Source: Octopus vulgaris
Taxonomy: Eukaryota
Length of the DNA stretch: 64,000 bases
Assembly (NCBI GenBank): GCA_951406725.2
Contig: OX597827.1
Location: 24,428,001-24,492,000, forward strand
Reading direction: 5' to 3'
Shown one piece after another: positions 39,680-53,314 of this stretch. Below the pieces are notes generated by a model, which saw only the letters and a program-made list of their open reading frames with translations, was not told where the DNA came from and searched no databases. Every line of letters starts with the position of its first letter. Position 1 is the stretch's first letter. Both the position numbers and the translations under genes were made by a program.

Positions 39680-42600
39680 CTGAAAATAGTTGAGGAATCT
39701 CTTTAATGGATTGCCCAATAAGGAAAATAAGAAGTGGCAATATACAAGGTGGGCCACAATTCATGACTCACTTATATTAGTTATATTTCTTTATTATTGC
39801 TTATTGTTATTGCATTGTTTAAATTTAATTATTTTATTTCTTAAGAAACACATATTAATAAATATTCTTTTCTACTCTAAGCACAAGGCCTGAAATTTTT
39901 TGGGAGAGGACCAGCTGATTAGATTGACCCTCAGTATGCAACTGATACTTAATTTATCGACCCCGAAAGGATGAAAGGCAAAGTTGACCTTGGTAGAATT
40001 TGAACTCAGAACGTAAAGACAGATGAAATACCGCTAAGCATTTCACCTTGAGTGCTAACGTTTCTGCCAGCTCGCTGCCTTGCTTATTAAAAAATATTCT
40101 TTTCTACTCTAGGCACAAAGCTTGAAATTTTTGGGGAGGTGTCAGTTGATTAGATTGACTCCAGTATGCAACTGGTACTTAATTTATTGACCCCAAAAGG
40201 ATGAAAGGCAAAGTCGACATCGGAGGAATTTGAACTCAGAACGTAGCGGTAGATGAAATACCGCTAAGCATTTCGCCTGGCATGCTAATGTTTCTGCCAG
40301 CTGGCTTCTTTGTATATTAATAAATATTAATATATTAATAATTATAGCTAACAAGTGAGTCATGAATTCTGGCCCACTCTGTGTGTGTTCATATGTGCAC
40401 ATGTGTACTCCCCTGCCGCCCACCTGTACAGGTATTCATTACATATATCCATTACTTTCAACAGTAGTGGGTAATTTGAGGTTGTGTTACCAAGCAGAGG
40501 TTACTGAACCTGGAATGCTGTTGGCTGGTTGTAGTAATATTCATCATGATGGCTTCGTGGTTAGGACACTTGGCTCTCAATTGTTCGGTCATGAGTTCAA
40601 TTCCTAGTAGCACTTTGTGTCCTTGAGCAAGACACTTTATTTTATGGTGCCCCAGTCCACTCAGCTGGCAAGAATGGGTTGCATTTGTATTTCAAAAAGC
40701 CAGCCTCATCACATTCTGTGTCTCATTGAATCTTGCTGAAAACTACGTTAAAGGTATGTATGTCTTTGGAGTACTCAGCCACTTGCGTGTTGATTTCCCG
40801 AGCAGGCTGTTCAGTCGATTGGATCAACTGGAACACTCATTGTCGAAACCGGTGGAGTGCCAGTTTGATTGTTGTTGTTGTTTAGCCCAAGTCAGGTCTG
40901 GCATGGTAGATATATGATCGAAGACATTCCAGCAGTGACCATCACGTTTCAACAGATGAAATAAATCTGAGAGCAAGATATTTCCTGCAGAAACGAAGAT
41001 CGTGTAGAACCTCTCTCATAACACTGAGTTCTGTTGTTCTCTTGCAAGCAGCGAGCCATGCACGATGAAGCAGAACTTTGAATATAGACATTCCGGCCAT
41101 GACGGTTAAATCTATTATTCAAACACAGTATATCTGGGACTACATCACCCAATGTGTTCTAACAGGTTACTCTATCAAATGTAATGGCTATTTATGAAAA
41201 TTACTTCTAATTTATCAGGTATTATATTGTAGCTTAAAGATTTCAATGATGTGATTGTTTATTGTTTATTTCTACAATGGCATTGTAGGGCAGGTATGAG
41301 ATGCTAGATCTGGCTAATTTGAACAAAAACCAGGTAAAATATTTGGGCTGGATATATGTCCAGTTTAAATGCTAAAGAGTTAAAACAATAAAAGCTTGTG
41401 ATTCGGGAGGTACTTAGTTGCTATTTCAAGCAAGTCAAGGAATTGAACAATGGCACAGAAGCTTCCCTTTGGTACATATCCCCTGCCACTCTTGTTCACT
41501 TGATAACTGTCTTTTGACGTTGGAAGATGGAGAAAACCATTGTTTCCAGGAGATTCAAGGAATTATGGAAGGTATAAGAAAGTTCGATGACATCTTGGGA
41601 AAGATGCTCTGAGTCTGGCAGTACTCAAGACTTAATACTCTTCAAATGGAATAATGTTTGTCTTTGATGTGGATTGGTTCCATTGATAATGGTTTATTTG
41701 TTTCTTCTTTTCCATTCACTGATAAATGATATGGAGAAAATTGTAGACAGGCAAACAGTGATATGTGTGTGTATGTGTATAATAATGTCTTCCTATATCA
41801 TGTGATGTGTGTGTGTGAATATGTGTGTGCATGTGTGTGTTTGTGTGTATGTGTGTAAATACGAATATACACATTTGAGTTACGAATGTTTTTGAAATGT
41901 CATGAGAAAACTTAGTTTCTCAAGATAAATACTTGGAATTTTGGTTTCTCTCTGTGAGAATTTCTTGTTTTCATTGTAAACTTTCAGTAAAATTCCGTAT
42001 ATTTGAAATATTGCTGTGAAGAATAATTATTTCAAAATACTTTCTTCATGGCATGCCTCATGAAGTGTTGGCATTCAGTGATAGTGTGCCATTTGCAGAG
42101 ATTCCTCACTGTTATGCTGCGTTCACTATTTGTAAGGAACAGTTCTTGCTCAGTTTGTCTCTTTGACAGCTCCACCATCTTGGGTCAAGTGAAGACCAAG
42201 GTTGGGCATTTGGAATCTTGGGTGTCTGTCACTCACAGGTCTCAATCAGTTGAGCAAAGCAGATGGGGCTACATCAACCTTTGCATGCTACCAAGAGTCA
42301 ATGGTAGACCAGAAGAATTTGAACCCAGGGCCTAGGGACAACTTTTAGAAATCATGGGGTTTGTAGTGCCATGTTGAAGGCAGTGAAGGGCATTACCATA
42401 TGAAGTAAATTCAACAGACATGCCATCAAGAATGTGCTGAAATGGTGCACATCCTTTCTTGATGACCCTATAAACCTGCTAATATTTGGCATTCAACAAG
42501 TTCTGTCTGACCCATAAAAGTGTGGGAAAGTGGGCATTAAAGCGATTATATTCTAGTATGTTATAGACAGCCAAATGAACTGTGAAAATATAGACTGAAG

Positions 42601-43160
42601 TCCTTTACACAGAAGCATAATAATCAGGGAGTTTAATACCCTTTATTCACTCAACCATATTTATTCTGCAGATCCTTTTTTTTTTTTGAGTGGTAGAACC
42701 CTTTCCATGGTTCAATAGCACCTTGCCCTTCGGAGTCTTTAGTGGAATATTATTTGGTGCAAGAATCCATTCCAGACTTCCAGTCTGAAGATAATTGATG
42801 AGATTATCTTCCCTCTCCCCACTCTCTCCTTCCGTTCCTTCCAGCCATCTAAAGCAATGGTTCTCAACCGTGGCCCCCAGGGATGCATGTAGCCCTCAAG
42901 CATCCTTCTAGTGAACCCTGACAATCTTCTTTAATTGGCTTGTGTTTTACTTTTTTTTGGTGAGGCCCCTTAAAAAACCCAGTTTTTTGGATCTGACCCA
43001 GATACGAAAAAAAGGTTGAGAACGACTGATTTAAACCCTTCCCTGTCAAACTAATCCATAAGACAAAACCCAAGTGCAAAACTATTGAAAGGTTTCAGGC
43101 TATATTGATGAGAGATTCCCAAGAGTAAGAGAAATATCTGAAGAATGGAAACCAACTTAC

Positions 43161-43291
43161 CAGAGCTAACTGTGCACTGGCATCAGAGAAATTCCACATT
43201 GTGTTGTAGGCGTAATAAGTGGGGAACCAGATTTCATCGTTTTTAAAGATTCCGATTGTATTTAAAACTTTGAGCATCTTCATAGAAACAA
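43161..43291 (-). CDS. ARM-TIR gene internal exon A (xVSMKMLKVLNTIGIFKNDEIWFPTYYAYNTMWNFSDASAQLAL)
   Basis: Pyrimidine tract plus CCAG acceptor; CTG|GTAAGT donor; 131 nt, phase 1 to 0. Confidence 0.85.
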
Positions 43292-46200
43292 CTGGCAGAA
43301 GAACAAGCAAAAAAGGAAAGAGAATATTTAGTTTTACATGTCAACGACTGATTTTTAGTGTGTTAATCTGAATTAAACAAACGGCCAATAAATTATTTTT
43401 ATTGAAATTTAGATTAGAAATTACTAAATCAAAAAGATTCAGTGTTTCTGTTTTTAAGTCTTTGGCATTCATGTTACTCAGTCAATGTAATGTTTTTTAA
43501 TTAACATTGTTTTTAATTAGTCACACATTATCATGTATCTGTGAGATTTTGATGATGACATTGTGGGGCATGTGCAGAGGCCAAATCTGACTGGTTTGAC
43601 CATAAAACAATAGACTATTTGTGATGGATATGGCTAGTGTAAATGTTAAACAGTTAAATAGTATTAACATTTCCTCAAAAAGTGTTTTTACATTGAGTGA
43701 AATTTTTTAAACAGTTTGCAAAGATATATAGAAATGGTTGCAAGAAACAAGGGCATAAAAGAAGACAAATTTTGGATCAGTAACTCATAAGAAATTGAGA
43801 TTTTGATTTTTTTGTAAAAAAACAACATTCAAGTGTGGTTGTTGCCAGTGCCGCTGGACTAGCTCCTTTGCAGGTAGCACATAAAAAACACCTTTTGAGC
43901 ATGGCCATTGCCAGAACTGCCTGACTGGCCCTTGTGCTGGCGGCATGTAAAAGCACCCACTACACTCTTGAAGTGGTTGGTGTTAGGAAGGACATCCAGC
44001 TGTAGAAACATTGCCAGTCCTCAGTCAAACCGTCCAACCCATGCCAGCATGGAAAGCAGACATTAATTGACAATGATGATGACTAAGTGGTTGAAATGTG
44101 CAACTTTTAGCATCAGACAATCACGGCACTCTGTCGGCTACGACAACAAGGGTTCCAGTTGATCTGATCAGCGGAACAGCCTGCTCATGAAATTTATGTG
44201 TAAGTGGCTGAGCACTCCACAGACATGTGTATCCTTAACGTAGTTCTCAGGGAGATTCAGTGTGACACAGAGTGTGACAAGGCTGGCCCTTTGAAATACA
44301 GATGCAATAGAAACAGAAAGAGTGAGAGAAAGTTGTGGTGAAAGAGTACAGCAGGGTTCACCACCATCCCCTGCCGGAGCCTCCTGGAGCTTTAGGTGTT
44401 TTCGCTCAATAAACACTCACAACGCCCAGTCGGGGAATTGAAACCACGATCCTATGACTGTGAGTCCACTGCCCTAACCACTGGGCCATTGTACTTCCAC
44501 ATCAGACAATAATAGAATCAAAGCAAAAGTAAACAATATTCACAGGTGTAGGATTAAAAATGATCCTCAAGGCAGACAGTATAATTGTAGAAGTACCAAC
44601 CCTTTAGCATTCAAATGGAAGGCTTATTTATTTAAACTGTTTTGAATTAATCATGCATTATCTTGTAGCTTCAAGATTTTGATGATGTGACTGTTTATTT
44701 TTATAATGATAATGTGGGGTATGTGTAAAAGGTGGGATCTGGTCAGTTTGAACATAAAACAGGTGGGATACTTGGATATTTGGACCCTGGATATGGTTAC
44801 TTTAAATGCTAAAAGGATGTGTGTGTGTAACCCTTTAGCATTCAGGTTACTCTGTCAAATGGAATGCTTATTTATTCAAACTCTTATGAATTAATCATGC
44901 ATCATCTCACAGCTTCAAAATTTTGATGATGTGATTGCTTACTTTTAGAATGACATTGTAAGGTAGGAGTGAGAGGTTGGATCTGGTCAGTTTTAATGTA
45001 AAGCAGAATATTTTAGCTGGATGTGGCTGGTTTAAACGCTAAAGGGTTAATATAGCAATGAAGCTGTGCTGCTAGATTTTATTTAAAGGTGTTATCAGAA
45101 AGAAGGAGTTACATCCACGACTTTCACTGACCCTTGGACATTGGTGACCTTGATAAATTACAGTAAGTTAATGATCATAGGAAAAAAACATGGACAGAGA
45201 AGGTATTTCAGGGAATTGACACTTTGGTGAGGAACTGTTTGGGTTTTAGATAAGCAATAAAAAAAGGGGACAGATGTAAAATTATATGCTGAACTGTTGA
45301 AGTTGTTAAACCTGATATACAAGGTCCAAAAGAGTGCTAATAAACTGATTTCAAATTTTGGCACGAGGCCAGCAATTTCAAGGGTGGGGCTAAGTTGATT
45401 ACATCAAACCCCAGTGTTCAACTGGTACTAATTTTATTGACTTAAAGGATGGAGAGCAAAGTCGACCTTGGCGGAATTTTGAACTCAGAACGTAGCGGCA
45501 GACGAAATATCTATTTCTTTACTACCCACAAGGGGCTAAACACAGAGAGGACAAACAAGGACAGACATAGGTATTAAATTGATTACATCGACACCAGTGC
45601 GTAACTGGTACTTATTTAATCGACCCCGAAAGGATGAAGGATAAAGTCAACCTTGGCGGAATTTGAACTCAGTCTGTAGCTGCAAATGAAATACCGCTTA
45701 GCATTTTTCCCAGTGTGCTAATGGTTCTGCCAGCTTGCCGTTGTATAGAGTGCTATTAAATTAAGAAGTCAGAATTAGCTGGAGGAGATCTCTGGCAGCA
45801 AAGAGTAAGAAAAATGGTAGTTGATGGACACATGCAGCAAAATGTCTCAAAAGCCTGCAATCTTGGTCAAACTAAACCAGCTGTGATTGATGATGTCTAT
45901 CAAACAAAAAGGAAGAACAAAAGAATCCTAAGAATGAGTTTTTCATCAATTTAACAGTTTGTTCATGAATGAAATAATGGATTTTGTACATTGATGTAAC
46001 CATCATCATCCAATGTTTGCTTTCCATGATGGTATGGGTTGATCAGTTTGATATGAGCTGGCTAGGCCAGGAGTTGCACCTGGTTCCATGGTTGTTAAAA
46101 ATTCGGTTGAGAGGAACGAAAGGAAGAATTGACTTCTGAATATTATGAAAGAAAGTTAAATATGTTCAAAGAGTTCAGCAAGGAATCTTACTAAAAGATT

Positions 46201-46875
46201 GAAGTTTTGACAAATGCGACAAAAAGTAAGGCAACAGCCAAGTGTCCTCTTGTAGTTTCCTTATTAAAGAAATATTTTTGTGCTTGGAAAATAAAGAAGA
46301 TATGTGAGTCATGAAATAACAGCTTTTTCTTTTTTTTTGTGAGAATGATTTACTAACCACATGGTTCCGGGTTCAGTCCCACTGCATAGCACCTTGGGCA
46401 AGTGTCTTCTACTATAGCCTCGGGCTGACCAAAGCCTTGTGAGTGGATTTGGTAGATGGAAACTGAAAGAAGCCTGTTGTATATATGTGTGTGTGCGTGT
46501 GTTCATCCCCCCAACATCGCTTCACAACCAATGCTGGTATGTTTACACCCCTGTCACTTAGCGGTTTGGCAAAAGAGACTGATAAAATAAGTACTAGGCT
46601 TACAAAGAATAAGTCCTAGGGTTGATTTGTTCGACTAAAAAGCAGTGCTCCAGCATGGCCGCAGTCAAATGACTGAAACAAGTAAAAGAAAAGCATGAAA
46701 CTGTGTTTGATGACAAAGGACAGTTTGTCCACATTTTGTTGGATTCCTGTCAGTGACTGGCTTTATGAATGACCGGTCGGTAACTGCCCACAAGGCTGGA
46801 AAAAACTTGTTGCTATTGACCACAGTTGGCTTCAGACCAGCAAAGATACTAATTTTGGTGGGGTGGGCTGGGGTG

Positions 46876-46922
<47 letters not shown>

Positions 46923-47506
46923 CTTGCATGTAACTGTTGGCTGATGTCACCCAGAAGAATATTGTTTTGTGCAGCATTTACACACACATGTAAAAGAATG
47001 GCCAGAGTCTAATGACTGAAGCAAATAAAAGATAAAAAATAAATGATAAAAATAAAAGATAAAAAAAATAAAAGATAAAAGATAAAAATAAATGATAAAA
47101 ATAAAAGATAAAAAATAAAATATAAAAAATAAGATAAAAAATAAAAAAAAGATAAAAATTAAGATAAAAAATAGAAATAAAAGATAAAATAAAAGATAAA
47201 AATAAAGAAAAAATAAAAAAAAAATACAAGATAAAAAACAAGATAAAAATTAAAATAAAAAATAAAAAAGAAACGATAAAAATAAAAGATAAAAAAATAA
47301 AAGATAAAGGATGTTTTCTGATTAACTGGGATTGATAAAGTAATTTTTATATAAATAATGTAATCCCTAAATGGTATGAACCCCACCCCAAGGGCTGCAC
47401 ATTCACACTCAATACACAAACATACTATGTATACACTATAGACATGTTTATTATTGGCTGTAATAATGGGATTGATGTCACAGATTGTGAAACATCTGTG
47501 ACAGAG

Positions 47507-47595
47507 GAGCCTGTGGCACATTGGACAAAGATGAGCCTGTGGCACATTGGACAAAGAGGAACCTGTGGCACATTGGACAAAGAGGACCCTGTGGA
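47507..47595. repeat. 26-bp tandem repeat, about 3.4 copies
   Basis: GAGCCTGTGGCACATTGGACAAAGA(T/G) repeated. Confidence 0.85.
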
Positions 47596-49004
47596 AGCTT
47601 GTCATATATCACTAATTTACTCAAACAACTCAGGTTTCAACTTTGCCATTTATATCTTCAGGGGCAAGAAAGTTCAAAAAATATTAATTAAAGAGAGTGG
47701 GTAGATTTTATTTCATCTCTCCACCCATCCATCTAAGGCTAGAGCCCACAGTACCTTCTTCCATAGGGTCCTGTCAGAAGCCTTCATCATTATCCATTAC
47801 TGTTTGGGTTCCCAAGTGTGACCAACTAAAACTGAATATTATCCAATAGTCTCATTCCTGCCAACCAACAAGAAACCATTCCTACATTTCCAGCTGGTTG
47901 GCAGATTCTATCGTCGATCACAATTTGTGGCTTTGTGCTAATGTAATTCCTGCATGTACCATAATTCTCCTGTGAATTAATATCATCAAAGCTGTTCCCT
48001 TGACTGAACCCAAGAAACTAAAAGCATTTTAGCCTTTTCCAAATTCTGACATTATCTGTTATCTGTTAATCCTGGTTGAAGTGTTGTGTTTTTTTTTTCT
48101 TTGTTGTTCACAGGAAGTGGGGTTTGAACTCAAAACACACAGAACCAGAATAAGTACCACAAACCACACAGTCTAATGCTCTAACAATTTTGCCAATCCA
48201 CTATCTCGGACTAGTTCCCCAAAAGATAAATGGCAAAGTTGACTTTGACAAGGATTTGAACTTTGAACTCACAGAACCAGAACAACTATCAAAAACCACT
48301 CTGCCTGATGCTCTAACAATTCTGGCAATTCTCTCCTCTGGGTGGTACTTTATTTTTTGACCCTGAAAGAATGAAAGGTAAAGTTGACCTTGGTGGGATT
48401 TGAACCCAAAGCAAAGAGAGTTGGAACAAATACCACAAAGAGCATTCTATCCACCTTTCTGACAACTCCCTATTGACTGCCTTGTTTGAGTGGACAACTC
48501 TGACCTAAACGCTTGATGCTTTCTTCCTGCACGACAATACAATACAAGACGATGCCTCCATTGTCTGCTTCTACAATTTGTCTCTTTGTATTGTTCTGGT
48601 TATATTCTTCTTTTTATGGTTTCTGAAACATTCCATTCATTTCCTGTGGTGACAATGGTTGGCTGGATGGTTCCATGTTCAGTCCCACTATGTTGAACCT
48701 TGAACAAGTGTCTTCTACTATTACTTTGGGCCAGTAAGTGGATTTGATAGACAGAAACTGAAAGAATATTTATAGTTTGGAGTCTTCTGTCTGTTTGCAG
48801 GACACCAGCCATGCATTCTTTTGAAAAATTAAAAGTTTCAGCCCAAAGCTTGAGACCATACTCTCACCCAGTTCCCAATACACCCCCAGCAGCCCCACCC
48901 CACCACCATCTATATAGGTTTTGAGCTGTGCCTGACCTCTGTAAACACAAAGATTATAAACAAACGCATGTGTTAATGCATCTCCCCCTTTCCTCTTTCT
49001 TTTT

Positions 49005-49300
49005 ATACACATACATACATGCATACATGCATGCATGTATACATACATACATACATACATGCATACATGCATGCATGTATACATACATACATACATGCAT
49101 GCATACATGCATGCATGTATACATACATACATACATACATACATACATACATACATACATGCATACATACATGCATGCATGTATACATACATACACACAT
49201 ACATACATACATACATACATACATACATACATACATACATACATTCATACATACATACATACAATACATACATACATACATACATTCATACATACATACA
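49005..49300. repeat. (CATA/CATG)n microsatellite
   Basis: Directly visible. Confidence 0.95.
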
Positions 49301-50230
49301 TCATAGAGGTTAGCTACCCTGCAGATATAAATATCTCATTGAAAATCAAAGAAAAAGAGGATATCTATGGACAACTGCTTCGAAACCTCCAGCTTCTATA
49401 TTCAGACTATGAATTCATATTCATAGCAATAAGAATTGGAGCACTGGGTTTTGTTAGTAAATACTTAAAGGAGAATCTTGATAAACTGGGATTTTCAGAA
49501 AGAGAAACTGACCGGCTAATTCGTATAAGCGCAATCTGTGAGTGGAACAGTAAAAATATGCAAGTCTTTTCACAAGTTCCGAACGTGAATTTGTCTGTGT
49601 TAACTACATCCCAGAGATGGAGCCTCGTATCTTTGTTGGAAAGTGGTTCCCTCCTCAGTGGAACATTTACAATAATTAAAAAATAGAAGAGACATTCATA
49701 CATATGAAGAAAATTGGTGGAACATTCTCATCCGAACTTCTATCAAGTGCAAACATAAGTGTGGTATGATCATTTGTGATAGGAAAGCCATGTAGACCCA
49801 TAGAGGTTAGCTGCCCTTCAGGTGAGAACATTTCTTCCCAAATCATGAGATGGATAATATTTATGGACAACTGGAACCACTTCTCTTGGCATTCCTCCCA
49901 CACTTCCTACATCATCCCTTACCACTTTATTCTCACTGAACATTGCTTTTGCCCAACACTTTCTCATATCTGCCACTGTGAGTCCTACCACCAATTTCGT
50001 TTGTGATTCCCTATATCCATCCCTACATGCCTCAGATCTCAATCTCTGCCATTCAAACCCCAATTCATATCCTCATCTTATTTTTAAAAAATCTGTTTAT
50101 GTTTTTTTTTTTTTTTACTGTTGCTCTCTTTCAGCCCCCTTACAGAGACTGGCTAACACACACTTTGCAAATTCAATCTGTAAGTGGAACAGTAAAGATA
50201 TGCAAAACTTTTCTAAAGTTTAATGTGAAA
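49300..50230 (+). mobile_element. Fragments of RLE-endonuclease LINE 3' ends (R4/Dong-like)
   Basis: IIEVSYPADINISLKIKEKEDIYGQLLRNLQLLYSDY...IGALG and LQIQSVSGTVKICKTFLKF. Confidence 0.72.
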
Positions 50231-52845
50231 TAATTATTGCTGTTGTGTTCTAAATTCCAGTGATTGAACCAGCTCCTTCCTTATTGGAAGAGTTCCAACA
50301 AATAATGATCAAGTGTGAGGAAACACACACAGGTACATATACACCAATGGTTCCCAACTGGGGGTCCAGATGATTCTTGGGCGGGGGGTCCATATAAGAT
50401 TTTGTTGTTAAAATTGATGTACAATAACTTGATTGTACTTCTAAGATACACAAAACATGCTGACAACTTTTTAAAAATATAATTCGTTACAATATTTAAT
50501 TACGAAAACATAATGGGATCTTTTAAACATTGAATGGCTCTGGGGGTCCGATAAGTAAAATAAGGATAAAAAAGGGTGGGACATGGGTTGAAAATGGTTG
50601 AGAACTGTTTGTTATCACACAAACACACACACACACACACAAACACACACTCATGTACAGATGTATATATACTCCTTAAATGGTTATTCATGCTCTGTAT
50701 TGAATGCAACTGTGTATGCGTGTGTGTGTGTTTGTATGCATAGGTGTGTGTGTCTGTGTGCACAGGTGAGTGTGTGTGTATGCGTAGGTGTGTGTGTGTC
50801 TGTGTGCACATGTATGTGTGTGTATAGGTGTGTGTGTATAGGTGTGTGTGTGTATAGGTGTATGTGTGTATAGGTGTGTGTGTGTATAGGTGTGTGTGCA
50901 TAGGTGTGTGTGGGTGTGTGTGTGCGTGTGTATGTGGACAGCTGTGTGTGTGTGTGCACAGGAGTGTGTATGTGCACAGCTATGTGTGTGTGTGTGCACA
51001 GGCGTGTGTATGTGCACAGCTGTGTGTGTGTGTGTGTGTGTTCACGCGAATGCATGCAATACTTTGTTTCTGGCAAGAGAGGAAGTTTAAAGGAGTCCTA
51101 ACGACCTAACAATTATTTTTGGTGTGAGATATTTTCTGCCACATCATCACGATGCACAGCTTAACCTTGGCACCAATTTATTTCTATGTCCAACCTTCAA
51201 AATGTACTATTAATGCTTAGCTCAAAACATCAGAATTTCTCTTAACAACACCCACCCCCTCATTCTGCGATCTATTGCTTAATCAGTCATTAGACTGCCT
51301 GACAGCTCATATTCATCCATCGGTCATTCACTAGTTGCCTGTTAATGACCAAATTCACGCCAATTTATTCTGTGTATTTTGTATATTTCTGAGATAAGGA
51401 ATTTATATTATGTATACTGGTGGCCTCATTGTTGCTTTTACTACGTTTTGGCTTTCTTCTTGTGCCGTGTTTTGGACTTAGATGTTGTATCAGAATTTTG
51501 AACCTAACCCTTTATTTGGTTCTTAGGGGTACATTGTTCTCATTCCAATCTCTGCATGTCATGACATTTTGTTTTTTTAACCCTAAGCCAAACCTTAAAA
51601 ACGAAAGTACCCGGCTTAAAAAATAAGTACCGCGATCAATTTGTGTGACTAAATATTCCTCAAGGCAGTGCCCCAGCATGGCCGCAGTCTAATGATTGAA
51701 ACAAGCAAAAGCTGAAAGATTGCATCATGAAACACAGAAAGTGGAATCAGAACATTGTAGCCCCATGAATCAGATAAATGGTCGGGTAGTTGAACATAAG
51801 ACACCTGAAGAGGGCTGGAACAGACGACAGCCAAAACTTAGTGAAAGTAGCAATCAAGATGAGGGTAGTAGTCTAACTAATTCTAACTGTGTACATAAAT
51901 GTATATATTGTATATATTTTGCAGATATTGTACCATATTTTCTGGCAGACAAGTATGACTGTGTGGTCAGAAGTTTGCTTCCCAACCACAAGGTTCTGGG
52001 TTCAGTTCCATTCTTTGGCACTTTGGCCAAGTGTATTTAACAATAGCCTTGGGCTGACCAAAGCTTTGTAAGTGGATTTGGTAGATGGCAACTGAAACAA
52101 GCCTGTCACTTATATATATATGTATATACGTATATATATATTTCTTCATTGCCCACAAGGGGCTAAACATAGAGGGGACAAACAAGGACAGACAAAGAGA
52201 TTAAGTCGATTACATCGACCCCCAGTGTGTAGCTGGTACTTTATTTATCGACTCCGAAAGAATGAAAGGCAAAGTCGACCTTGGCGGAATTTGAACTCGG
52301 CAGACGAAATGTAACGGCAGACAAAATACCGCTAAGCATTTCGCCTGGCATGCTAACATTTCTGCCAGCTTGCTGCCTTAATATATGTATGTGTGTGTGT
52401 GTGTGTGTGAGTTTGTCCCCCACCAGTGCTTGACAACTGGTGCTGGTGTGTCTATGAACCTGTAACATAGTGGTTCAGCAAAAGAGATCGATTGAATATG
52501 TACCCGGCTTAAAAAATAACAAGTACCGGGATCAATTCGTGTGACTAAATATTCCTCAAAGTAGTGCCCCAGCATGGCCGCAGTCTAACGATTGAAACAA
52601 GTAAAAGATGAAAGATTGCGTCATATTTTCTGGAATACAAGTAGAGTTTTTCAAACCAAAATTTTCAGCTGAAAATGGTGGGATGACTTATGCTCCAAGA
52701 CAACTTTGGAGGACCAAAAATTCTATGTGAAATACAGCAGGATCTGGAAGGATGTCGATGATATTTGAATGTTTACATTACTTCTTCACACTGTATACTA
52801 CATCGACTTCTATACCAAAAAAATACAGTATACATAGCATTTATT

Positions 52846-52897
<52 letters not shown>

Positions 52898-53005
52898 GTG
52901 TGTGTGTGTATATATATCAAAGGGAAATGGAAATTAATAGAAATTTTCATTTCCAGTGGCCTAGCGTGTAAAAGTTTAGTCCAAAGACTATGAATTAGTC
53001 ATAAA

Positions 53006-53268
53006 ATACAGTGTACATTTAAACACATAAGGAATCCAATCGTGGGATTCAACATACTAGGAAGAACAGCTAAGTTCTATAACCACAAAATTAGGGATAA
53101 AATTCGACAGGAACGAAATGAAAATAAAAACATTTCATGGTAAAATGTTTTTATTTTTTCATTTCTTTCTTGTCGAATTTTATCCCTAATTTTGTGGTTA
53201 TAGAACCTAGCTGTTCTTTCTAGCATGTTGAATCCCATGAGTGGATTCCTTATGTGCTTAAATGTACA

Positions 53269-53274
<6 letters not shown>
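53006..53274. repeat. Near-perfect palindrome (about 130-bp arms, short loop); probable MITE
   Basis: ATACAGTGTACATTTAA...AAAAACATTT pairs with AAATGTTTTT...TTAAATGTACACTGTAT. Confidence 0.9.
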
Positions 53275-53309
<35 letters not shown>

Positions 53310-53314
53310 ATATA

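Noticed and set aside
40949-41152. Short minus-strand ORFs in unique-looking sequence
   Set aside because: No domain resemblance or usable splice pair; exons A and B join without it.
46192-46282. Candidate upstream exon (HKNISLIRKLQEDTWLLPYFLSHLSKLQSF), phase-compatible with exon A and with a GTAAGA donor
   Set aside because: Atypical AAG acceptor and no recognisable ARM-like pattern; cannot be supported without transcripts.
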